A stretch of DNA of 24,000 bases from an uncultured Planctomycetia bacterium. GTDB taxonomy: Bacteria > Omnitrophota > Gorgyraeia > Duberdicusellales > 4484-171. The stretch is taken from NCBI GenBank assembly GCA_964536865.1, contig CAZHYN010000013.1, forward strand, positions 19,100-43,099, in the 5' to 3' direction. Below are positions 16,785-24,000 of the stretch, piece after piece; position 1 is the stretch's first letter; the number at the start of each line of letters is the position of its first letter. The position numbers were made by a program, and so were the translations under genes. The notes under the pieces were generated by a model, which worked only from the letters and a program-made list of their open reading frames with translations, had not been told where the DNA came from and searched no databases.

Positions 16785-17491
16785 TGAGATTAAGGGTTCT
16801 GTTTGACAAAGAAGTTATGAATCAAAGTTTTGAAGGGGGTTGGGGTGTTTCTTATCTTGTAGATGATGATCTTCTTTTCGATACGGGAGAAAAGTTTTCC
16901 TATATTGAGAAGAATAGTAAACTAATGGGTATAGATTTAATGGGGATAACCAAGGTAGTTATTTCTCATCAACATTGGGATCACACCCAGGGATTAGATG
17001 GTTTTTTGGAGATAAATAAAGACATTACCGTTTATGTGTGCGCCCACTCTAGCAAAGATTTTAAGGATCGTATTCTAAAACGGAAAGCGAAGTTAGTAGA
17101 AGTGAAAGATGTAGTTAGCATAAAAGAAGGGATATACTCCAGTGGGGAGTGTCTTGCTTCTTATAAAGGAAAAGGGATTGCTGAACAAAGTTTGATAATT
17201 GATAGAGGCAAGGATTTAGTTTTACTCTGTGGATGTGCTCACTTTGGTTTGCTAAATATTATAGAAAAAGTAAGGAAGAGTTTCAATAAAGATATATATT
17301 GTTTAATAGGAGGATTTCATCTTATGGATAAAGAGAAAAGGTTTATTGAGTATATAGTTAGGGAATGTAGAAAAACAGTAAAGAAGATAGCACCTTCTCA
17401 CTGTACAGGATTTCTTGCTGTTTCTTTATTTCGGGAGGTTTTTAAGGGGGATTTCTTGGAGATAAAAGTAGGTAAAGAGATAGAATTTTAA
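16781..17491 (+). CDS. MBL-fold metallo-hydrolase
   Basis: LLFDTG, VVISHQHWDHTQGLDG, GCAHFGLLNI, GGFHL, PSHCTG: resembles the 7,8-dihydropterin-6-methyl-RFAP synthase-like MBL family. Confidence 0.85.
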   Translation: MMRLRVLFDKEVMNQSFEGGWGVSYLVDDDLLFDTGEKFSYIEKNSKLMGIDLMGITKVVISHQHWDHTQGLDGFLEINKDITVYVCAHSSKDFKDRILKRKAKLVEVKDVVSIKEGIYSSGECLASYKGKGIAEQSLIIDRGKDLVLLCGCAHFGLLNIIEKVRKSFNKDIYCLIGGFHLMDKEKRFIEYIVRECRKTVKKIAPSHCTGFLAVSLFREVFKGDFLEIKVGKEIEF

Positions 17492-17579
17492 AGATATGGA
17501 GATTGTTTTTCATTCTCTAAAGCAGGCTTTAATAATTCATCTTTTCTGTTCTCTTAACTATTTTTACCATATGTATTTA

Positions 17580-17611
17580 GTTTCTATCTTTAAAAGTTTC
17601 TATCTTTAAAA
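17580..17611 (+). repeat. Tandem duplication of a 16-bp unit
   Basis: GTTTCTATCTTTAAAA repeated twice back to back in the intergenic region. Confidence 0.85.
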
Positions 17612-17714
17612 AGAGAACTATCTTATTCATCAAGGAGGCAAGTTATTCCTTGGAAGGTTATTATATCTGAATCTATGAGCTTGAAAGGCTAAAAAATCTA
17701 TTTTTAAGTCGATT

Positions 17715-18344
17715 GTGTTAGAAGATTTGAGAGATTTTAAAATTAGTCTCTTAAGGAAACGTATGCGAACAAAACATTTCTTTCTTAATCAGGCTCCTTA
17801 CGTTGCTTACCATCTTTTGGGTGATTACATAGTAGTTGCTAAAGGGAGAAAGAATTTAGTAGGGAGAATTGTAGAGACAGAAGCCTACCTGGGTGTAGAG
17901 GATGATGCTTCTCATGCTTTTGGCGGCAAAATCACTTCTAGAAATAAATTTCTCTACCAAGAAGGGGGTATAATTTATGTATATTTAATTTATGGAAAAT
18001 TTTGGTGTTTTAACGTGGTAGTTTCAAGAAAAGGGGATCCCCAAGCAGTGTTTATTAGAGCTATCCAGCCTCTTAGGGGGGTAGAGATTATGAGGAAGAA
18101 CAGAGGAGGAAGAGATCAGAGAGAGCTCACTAACGGCCCGGGGCGATGGACACAAGCCTTGGGTATTGATGGAAGATTATTAGGCAGAAGTATTACCTCT
18201 ACAGACTTTTTTATTTCCACAGGCCTCTATAAAGGATTTTCTGTAGTAAGAACGAAGAGAATAGGAGTTGATTATGCTGTTCGTTGTAAGGATCTTCCTT
18301 TGAGATACTATATTAAAAATAATCTCTTTGTTTCAGTGAAATAG
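17715..18344 (+). CDS. mpg: DNA-3-methyladenine glycosylase, AAG/MPG family
   Basis: YHLLGDYIV, RIVETEAYLGVEDDASHAFGG, YVYLIYGKFWCFNVV, LTNGPGRWTQALGI. True start may be ATG 17763. Confidence 0.9.
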   Translation: MLEDLRDFKISLLRKRMRTKHFFLNQAPYVAYHLLGDYIVVAKGRKNLVGRIVETEAYLGVEDDASHAFGGKITSRNKFLYQEGGIIYVYLIYGKFWCFNVVVSRKGDPQAVFIRAIQPLRGVEIMRKNRGGRDQRELTNGPGRWTQALGIDGRLLGRSITSTDFFISTGLYKGFSVVRTKRIGVDYAVRCKDLPLRYYIKNNLFVSVK

Positions 18345-18345
18345 T

Positions 18346-19659
18346 TTAGGTAGTAAACCCCGAACCCCGCCCTTTCCTTGAAAGGGTGGGGTTCGGGGTA
18401 AATTTCTTGTTGAGTTCTCGTACGTAGTTCTTCATTTGGTAGAAATCTCTAAATTTATCTTCGAAGAAGATAAATATAGAATTATTGTGGAGAAGGGGTT
18501 CTTTCAACTTCTCCTGATATAGCTTAAATAGATCCGTTCCGGGTACAGGAGAGTATTCTGCCAGAGAAACTTTTGCCCCTAAAGAATGTAGAAAATCGAT
18601 TTCTTTCTTAAGCTCTTCTAAATTTTGGTTAGGATAGCCTAGAAGAAGGTATACACTGAATTCCCCTTCTTTAAATCCTCCCTTTTTTAAAAAATCTATT
18701 CCTTTAACTACTTCTTCAGTAGTTACTTTGTCCCCCCACATTTTTTGTAAATTTCTGTTAAGCGTTTCTAAGCCAAAGTGGATATTAACGAATCCCAATT
18801 TCTTTAAAAGGTAAGCAATTTCTTCATCAAGGAATCTAAAATGGAGGGCGTTGGGAGTGTGAAAATTTGCTTTAATCTTTAGAGTTTCTAATTTTCTTAA
18901 TAAACTTTTCACTTTATCTTTAGAATAAAGAAAAGCATCATCATAGAGAACAAAATTTCTTATACCTTTACTGTAATGGTAGGAGATAAATTCAATAATT
19001 TTTTCCTCTGGTAGCCGTAAGAATCCATCAAATAATTTCTTTATGGCACAATAGCTGCAGTTGAACGGACATCCCCATGAGGTTCTTACTACTACATAAT
19101 CTAGATGAGAGTAGAAGTGTTCGTAATCAGGGAGAGTGAAGTAAAATTCTTTAAAGTCAAAAGGGACATTTAATAATTCAAAGAAAGTTTGTAAATCTTG
19201 ATTCTTAAATATATAATCGCAAGAAATGTTAGCTTTGGCATGGTGATACATTAAAGTGGGATAAATCCCTCCAAGAATTATTTTTGTAGAGAATCGCTCT
19301 CTAATAATTTCTACTAACTGACGTATTCCCCAGTACCAATAAGTCATAGAGGATGTGAGGAGAATAAACTTAGGGTTCTGATGGGGGAGTAGCTTAAGGA
19401 ATTCTTGGGGAGTAATCCCATACCTTTTGAAATAACGAGGTACTGAATTTAAGAGTGGCGGCTTAGAGACAATTTCAGAATAGTATTTGCCTCTTCCAAA
19501 ATTGTCTACAGTTGTTTTTTTCTCTAAACAGTCTAAGTATGTTATTCCTACTCCTTTATTCTTAAGGTAGGTTAAAATTACCAAAAATCCGTAAGGTTTG
19601 AGCCAAAAGTCGTAGGCAGCGAAATCGTAAATCCAGGGATTTATTGCTAAGATTTGCAT
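18346..19659 (-). CDS. Radical SAM protein of B12-binding-domain-like organisation, C-terminus running through the palindrome
   Basis: VVRTSWGCPFNCSYCAIKKLF [4Fe-4S] motif, GIRNFVLYDDAFLY, VNIHFGLETLNRNLQKMW. N-terminal region similar to cobalamin-binding-type radical SAM leaders. Confidence 0.85.
   Translation of the reverse strand: MQILAINPWIYDFAAYDFWLKPYGFLVILTYLKNKGVGITYLDCLEKKTTVDNFGRGKYYSEIVSKPPLLNSVPRYFKRYGITPQEFLKLLPHQNPKFILLTSSMTYWYWGIRQLVEIIRERFSTKIILGGIYPTLMYHHAKANISCDYIFKNQDLQTFFELLNVPFDFKEFYFTLPDYEHFYSHLDYVVVRTSWGCPFNCSYCAIKKLFDGFLRLPEEKIIEFISYHYSKGIRNFVLYDDAFLYSKDKVKSLLRKLETLKIKANFHTPNALHFRFLDEEIAYLLKKLGFVNIHFGLETLNRNLQKMWGDKVTTEEVVKGIDFLKKGGFKEGEFSVYLLLGYPNQNLEELKKEIDFLHSLGAKVSLAEYSPVPGTDLFKLYQEKLKEPLLHNNSIFIFFEDKFRDFYQMKNYVRELNKKFTPNPTLSRKGRGSGFTT
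18357..18399. repeat. 43-nt GC-rich palindrome (19-bp stem)
   Basis: ACCCCGAACCCCGCCCTTT-CCTTG-AAAGGGTGGGGTTCGGGGT. One G-U pair if transcribed from +, one A-C mismatch if transcribed from -. It lies 3' of the mpg gene without a convincing T-run. Confidence 0.85.
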
Positions 19660-19728
19660 TACTAGTCAGTATTTTATTATAATTTTATCACCAAGGCAAT
19701 CATCCCTTATGATATAATAGAAAGTAAA

Positions 19729-20715
19729 ATGGTAGAGGAGACTTTCCTAAAGGCTTTATCCCGACATCAACTCTTAAGATCAAGAGATAAAGTTATCTTG
19801 GGAGTTTCGGGGGGGCCAGATTCGGTATGTATGCTTTATCTTTTCTCTCAGATAAGAGATAAGTTCAAACTTAAATTACTGTGTGCACATTTTAATCACT
19901 GTTTGAGAGAAGAAGCAAAGAGTGAAGAGGAGTTTGTGGAAAAGATATGTAACCAATGGAAGATAGATTTTGTGAGTGAGAAAAAAGATGTTAAGAAATT
20001 TTTTAATGGAAACTCTTTAGAACAGACTGCTCGAAATCTAAGATTCGATTTCTTTTTAAAGTGTGCAAGGAGATATAAATTTAAAAAGTTAGCATTGGCT
20101 CATAACAAAGATGATGTAATAGAAACTATTCTTATGAGAATAATAAGAGGAGCAGCCCTTAAGGGTTTAAGGGGGATATCGCCGAAAACAAAATTTAAAA
20201 ATATTATTATAGTGAGACCACTTATTGAGATAAGAAAAAAAGAAATTTTAGATTGGCTGAAGAAAAAAAATATCCCTTACCGAGTAGATAGAAGTAACTT
20301 TGAAGATAAGTTTTTCAGGAACAAAATAAGGTTGAAACTTCTTCCTATTTTAGAAGAGTTTAACCCCAATATAGTTAATGTGCTCTTTACCTTGGCAAAA
20401 GCTACCTCTTTAGATTACGAGTTTATTTATTCCTTTACTAAAGAACAGTTTGCTCATCTAAAAAAACAGAGAGGGAAAGGATATATAAGGCTAAATATAG
20501 ATGAGATAAAAAAACTTCCTGAGTCTATAATAGTTAATCTCTTGCGATTAGCGGTAGAGGAAGTTAAAGGAGATACTAGGAGATTAACATTCAGGCATTT
20601 TGAGCAAGCTCTAGAGTTAATTCACAGGAAGGATTCCTATGGGAGTTTGGATTTACCACTCTTGGAGGTGAAAAAAGAGGATAGATGGCTTACAATCAAG
20701 TCCTTGCTTTTTTGA
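19729..20715 (+). CDS. tilS: tRNA(Ile)-lysidine synthase
   Basis: PP-loop GVSGGPDSVCMLYL, AHFNHCLR, EQTARNLRFDFF, AHNKDDVIETILMRIIRGAALKGLRGI. Confidence 0.94.
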   Translation: MVEETFLKALSRHQLLRSRDKVILGVSGGPDSVCMLYLFSQIRDKFKLKLLCAHFNHCLREEAKSEEEFVEKICNQWKIDFVSEKKDVKKFFNGNSLEQTARNLRFDFFLKCARRYKFKKLALAHNKDDVIETILMRIIRGAALKGLRGISPKTKFKNIIIVRPLIEIRKKEILDWLKKKNIPYRVDRSNFEDKFFRNKIRLKLLPILEEFNPNIVNVLFTLAKATSLDYEFIYSFTKEQFAHLKKQRGKGYIRLNIDEIKKLPESIIVNLLRLAVEEVKGDTRRLTFRHFEQALELIHRKDSYGSLDLPLLEVKKEDRWLTIKSLLF

Positions 20716-20739
20716 AAGTATAAATTATAATGAATAGGT

Positions 20740-22614
20740 ATGAATAACCGAAGCGGTAAAGATAAGAGACCTTCTTCTGAATTCAAATTTATGAAGGGGA
20801 TAATTCTCTGGCTCCTTTTATTTTTAGGATTAATGTGGCTTTTTAGTTCCCTCCTTCCAAACTTTATGGGAACGGTAGAAAAGTTGAACTATAACGAGTT
20901 CTATTATCTTTTAGAGAATAATTTAAAAGAATCTAATATAGAATGGGTTAAGAAGACCGATAACTTGATTCAAGGACAATTTACCTCACGGAGGGGAGGG
21001 AAGAGATTCTATGTTTATGTTCCTCAGGAAGACAAAGAGCTTATTAAGTTGCTTAAGAGGAATGTTAAAAAATTTGAGATAGAACCTCCCAAGACTATTT
21101 GGGCGAATCTTTTTTACTCTTTAGGACCGATGATTTTGATTATTCTGTTCCTTTGGTACTTTGCCTACCGAGGTTCTCAAATAGGCTCTCGAGTATGGTC
21201 ATTTGGGAGAGCAAGGACTCATATGATTGAAAAGGGAAAGACGCCTAAAGTTACTTTCCGGGATGTGGCAGGAATAGACGAAGCTAAAGAAGAGTTAGGA
21301 GAGGTAATTGAGTTTTTAAAAGACCCTAAGAGATTTCAAAGACTAGGAGGGAGGATTCCTAAAGGAGTTATCCTAGTAGGTCCTCCGGGCTGTGGGAAGA
21401 CTTTATTAGCTAAGGCTGTAGCGGGAGAAGCAGATGTACCTTTTTTTAGTATAAGTGGCTCTGATTTTGTTGAACTCTTTGTAGGGGTAGGAGCAAGTAG
21501 GGTACGTGATCTTTTCGACCAGGCCAAAAAAGCAGCTAAATTAGGAGGAAGAGGAGCAATTATTTTTATTGACGAAATAGATGCTGTAGGGAGGCAGCGC
21601 TTTGCAGGAATTGGAGGAGGGCATGATGAAAGAGAGCAAACATTAAATCAGTTACTAGTTGAGATGGATGGATTTCAGACCGAAGAGGGAATTATCGTGT
21701 TAGCAGCTACCAACCGTCCCGATGTTTTAGATCCTGCTTTACTTAGACCAGGAAGATTTGATAGGCACATTGTTATTGATGCTCCAGATATAAAAGGAAG
21801 AGAAGAGATATTGAGAGTGCATACCCGAAAGATAAAATTAGCCAGCGATGTAGATCTAAATGTGCTTGCTAAACAAACTCCAGGATTCTCTGGTGCAGAT
21901 TTAGAGAACCTTTGTAATGAAGCAGCCCTTTTAGCAGCAAGGAAGGGGAAAGAGGCAGTGGAAATGGAGGAGCTGCAGGAAGCAATAGAAAGAGTGGTAG
22001 CTGGTCCTCAAAGAAAGAGTAAGGTAATTTCTAAAAAAGAGAAAGAGATCATTGCCTATCATGAGGCAGGACATGCTCTCCTTTCCTTATACCTTCCTGG
22101 GGTAGATCCTCTTCATAAGGTTTCCATTGTGCCTAGGGGGGTGAGTGCTTTAGGGTATACTATGCAGTTACCTTCTCAAGACAGGTACATTTTGACAAAG
22201 TCAGAACTTCTGGACAGAATATGTGTTTTGTTAGGGGGAAGGGCTTCTGAGGAGTTAATTTTAAAAGATATTACTAGTGGTGCACAGAATGATTTAGAGA
22301 TGGCTACAAAGCTTGCTCGGAGGATGGTTACGGAGCTGGGGATGAGTTCCAAACTGGGCCATCTTACCTTAGGGAAAAAAGAAGGATCGGTATTCTTAGG
22401 TAGAGATCTCATAGAGCGGAAAGATTACTCTGATGAGACAGCAAGATTAATAGACCAGGAGGTCAAGAAAATCGTTGATGAGGCCTACGATAAGGCCAAG
22501 AGAATAATAGGAGAACATTTAGACAAACTTAAGCTTTTAGCAACTAAACTCTTAGAAAAAGAGGTATTAGATTCTCAGGAAGTAAAGGAAATTGTAGGAT
22601 TTGAGAATGCCTAA
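20740..22614 (+). CDS. ftsH: ATP-dependent zinc metalloprotease FtsH
   Basis: Two N-terminal TM segments, Walker [14 protein letters not shown], Walker [38 protein letters not shown] zinc site. Confidence 0.98.
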   Translation: MNNRSGKDKRPSSEFKFMKGIILWLLLFLGLMWLFSSLLPNFMGTVEKLNYNEFYYLLENNLKESNIEWVKKTDNLIQGQFTSRRGGKRFYVYVPQEDKELIKLLKRNVKKFEIEPPKTIWANLFYSLGPMILIILFLWYFAYRGSQIGSRVWSFGRARTHMIEKGKTPKVTFRDVAGIDEAKEELGEVIEFLKDPKRFQRLGGRIPKGVILVGPPGCGKTLLAKAVAGEADVPFFSISGSDFVELFVGVGASRVRDLFDQAKKAAKLGGRGAIIFIDEIDAVGRQRFAGIGGGHDEREQTLNQLLVEMDGFQTEEGIIVLAATNRPDVLDPALLRPGRFDRHIVIDAPDIKGREEILRVHTRKIKLASDVDLNVLAKQTPGFSGADLENLCNEAALLAARKGKEAVEMEELQEAIERVVAGPQRKSKVISKKEKEIIAYHEAGHALLSLYLPGVDPLHKVSIVPRGVSALGYTMQLPSQDRYILTKSELLDRICVLLGGRASEELILKDITSGAQNDLEMATKLARRMVTELGMSSKLGHLTLGKKEGSVFLGRDLIERKDYSDETARLIDQEVKKIVDEAYDKAKRIIGEHLDKLKLLATKLLEKEVLDSQEVKEIVGFENA

Positions 22615-22620
22615 TTTTAG

Positions 22621-23832
22621 ATGAGAGTAATTCCTATAGATGTAAAGAACTTAACTCATGCTTATAAGATTATGGATTCCTTAGGTGTAGACAGAGAAGG
22701 TATAAAGATAATGGCTCCTAAAGGCATCTTTAGAGTTTTTAAGATCGAAGGGATAGATTCAGTAGGTGCCAATATAGTAAAGCAACATCTCCTTTCCTTA
22801 GGGGCTGAAGCAAGTTTGCCTCGAGGAGCGTTAACTAAGAAGATTTCTACAGAGATGATTATCTTTGCCACTCTTTCTCAGCTTAAAAGAGTCATTCCTA
22901 AACTAAAAAGACAAGGATTTGGTCTAAAAGAATTAGGAGAAAAATTAGCTACTCTTGTTAAGGAGAAGAAAAATCACTTATTGGTAGCTAGAGATAAAAA
23001 AGTGCTCATTAAAAAACCTATAGTTTGTGGAATTATAAATCTTACTCCTGATTCTTTCAGTGGAGATGGGATTTTTAAAGAATCTTTATACTCTTCCACT
23101 AAAACTAAGTATATAGTCTTAAAAAAGGTAGAGGCAATGGTAAAAAATGGAGCAAAAATGATTGATGTGGGAGGAGAATCTAGCCGTCCCTTCTCCCAAA
23201 GAATAAGTCCAGAGGAGGAGGTAAAGAGAGTAATTCCTTACTTTAAAGAGATAAGAAAGCGATTTCCTTCAATTTTACTTTCTATTGATACTTACAAGTA
23301 TAGAGTTGCTAAGGAAGCAGTTAACGAAGGTGCAGATATCATAAATGATATTACTGCTTTAAGAGATTCTCCTCAGATTCTCTCTTTGGTTAAAAAGTAT
23401 AGATTAGGATGCATTTTAATGCATATGAAGGGTACACCTCAAACTATGCAGATTAGACCTTTCTATAAAGATGTAGTTAGAGAGATTATAAGTTTTCTAG
23501 AAGAACGAGTAGATTTCTGTTTGGAGAAAGGAGTAGAGAAGACTCAACTCCTGATAGACCCCGGGATAGGATTTGGTAAACGTCTCCAGGACAATATCGA
23601 GATTCTTGCTCGGTTAAGAGAATTTAAAACTTTAGGGTTACCTATTTTCTTAGGAGTTTTCCGAAAGTCCTTTATTGGTCAGATTCTGAATCTTCCTGTA
23701 GAAGAAAGGTTAATCGGTAGTGTAGCAGCAGTAATCTGGGCTATTCTTAAAGGAGCCAATATTTTAAGAGTTCATGATGTAAAAGAAACCTATCAGGCTC
23801 TCAAAATTATTGAGAGGTTGGCAAGAAACTAA
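22621..23832 (+). CDS. folP: Dihydropteroate synthase with about 130-aa N-terminal extension
   Basis: GIINLTPDSFSGDG, MIDVGGESSRPFS, LLSIDTYK, NDITAL, LLIDPGIGFGK. Confidence 0.95.
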   Translation: MRVIPIDVKNLTHAYKIMDSLGVDREGIKIMAPKGIFRVFKIEGIDSVGANIVKQHLLSLGAEASLPRGALTKKISTEMIIFATLSQLKRVIPKLKRQGFGLKELGEKLATLVKEKKNHLLVARDKKVLIKKPIVCGIINLTPDSFSGDGIFKESLYSSTKTKYIVLKKVEAMVKNGAKMIDVGGESSRPFSQRISPEEEVKRVIPYFKEIRKRFPSILLSIDTYKYRVAKEAVNEGADIINDITALRDSPQILSLVKKYRLGCILMHMKGTPQTMQIRPFYKDVVREIISFLEERVDFCLEKGVEKTQLLIDPGIGFGKRLQDNIEILARLREFKTLGLPIFLGVFRKSFIGQILNLPVEERLIGSVAAVIWAILKGANILRVHDVKETYQALKIIERLARN

Positions 23833-24000
23833 TGGAATTACTAGCTAAGTTATTAAATTGGAAAGCAATAATAGAGGTTTTAATTTTATGGTTTGTTATC
23901 TACCGAATATTCTTATTCCTAAAAGGAACAAAGGCAGTTTATCTTCTAAGAGGTATAGTTATCTTAGTCATTTCTTTCTTTATATTTCAAAGGTTAGGGT
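23832..24000 (+). CDS. cdaA: Diadenylate cyclase CdaA/DacA, N-terminal fragment truncated by the window edge
   Basis: ATG overlaps the folP stop (TAATG). Translates as MELLAKLLNWKAIIEVLILWFVIYRIFLFLKGTKAVYLLRGIVILVISFFIFQRL, typical of the CdaA TM region. Confidence 0.85.
   Translation, partial: MELLAKLLNWKAIIEVLILWFVIYRIFLFLKGTKAVYLLRGIVILVISFFIFQRLG

Noticed and set aside
22621-23040. N-terminal extension of FolP as a novel fusion
   Set aside because: Extended FolP proteins of this kind occur in other bacteria to my knowledge, so it was not treated as a discovery.
1-24000. CRISPR arrays, transposases, prophage or defence genes
   Set aside because: No regular repeat-spacer pattern and no recognisable mobile or defence protein family in the ORF track.

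Overview
AT-rich bacterial chromosomal window, mostly densely packed genes. The lineage may be Omnitrophota or similar, but that is inference only. Contents: (1) the 3' end of a GspF/PilC-type gene followed by a tightly coupled histidine kinase / PilZ / receiver / MshEN-PilZ operon; (2) a GEMM-I (c-di-GMP-I-like) riboswitch with an unusually long, structured insert, an intrinsic terminator and a type IV pilin-like gene; (3) two convergent TMTC-like GT-C/TPR membrane proteins sharing a 441-bp block with no mismatch; (4) a surface-glycan or lipid-linked sugar cluster (GT2, GT9, GT4, methyltransferase, UPF0104-like membrane protein); (5) riboflavin synthase, tRNA-Pro(CGG) and a complete tmRNA with an atypical decoded tag; (6) housekeeping genes: FmdB-like, GIY-YIG/DUF123, PilZ, radical SAM, a frameshifted YggS, MBL-fold, AAG/MPG glycosylase, a minus-strand radical SAM, TilS, FtsH, FolP and the start of CdaA. 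No CRISPR array, phage or transposon was recognised. The strongest leads are the riboswitch-pilin unit, a possible c-di-GMP-linked pilin/O-glycosylation locus, the 441-bp identity block, the tmRNA tag and the palindrome forming the 3' tail of a radical SAM ORF.
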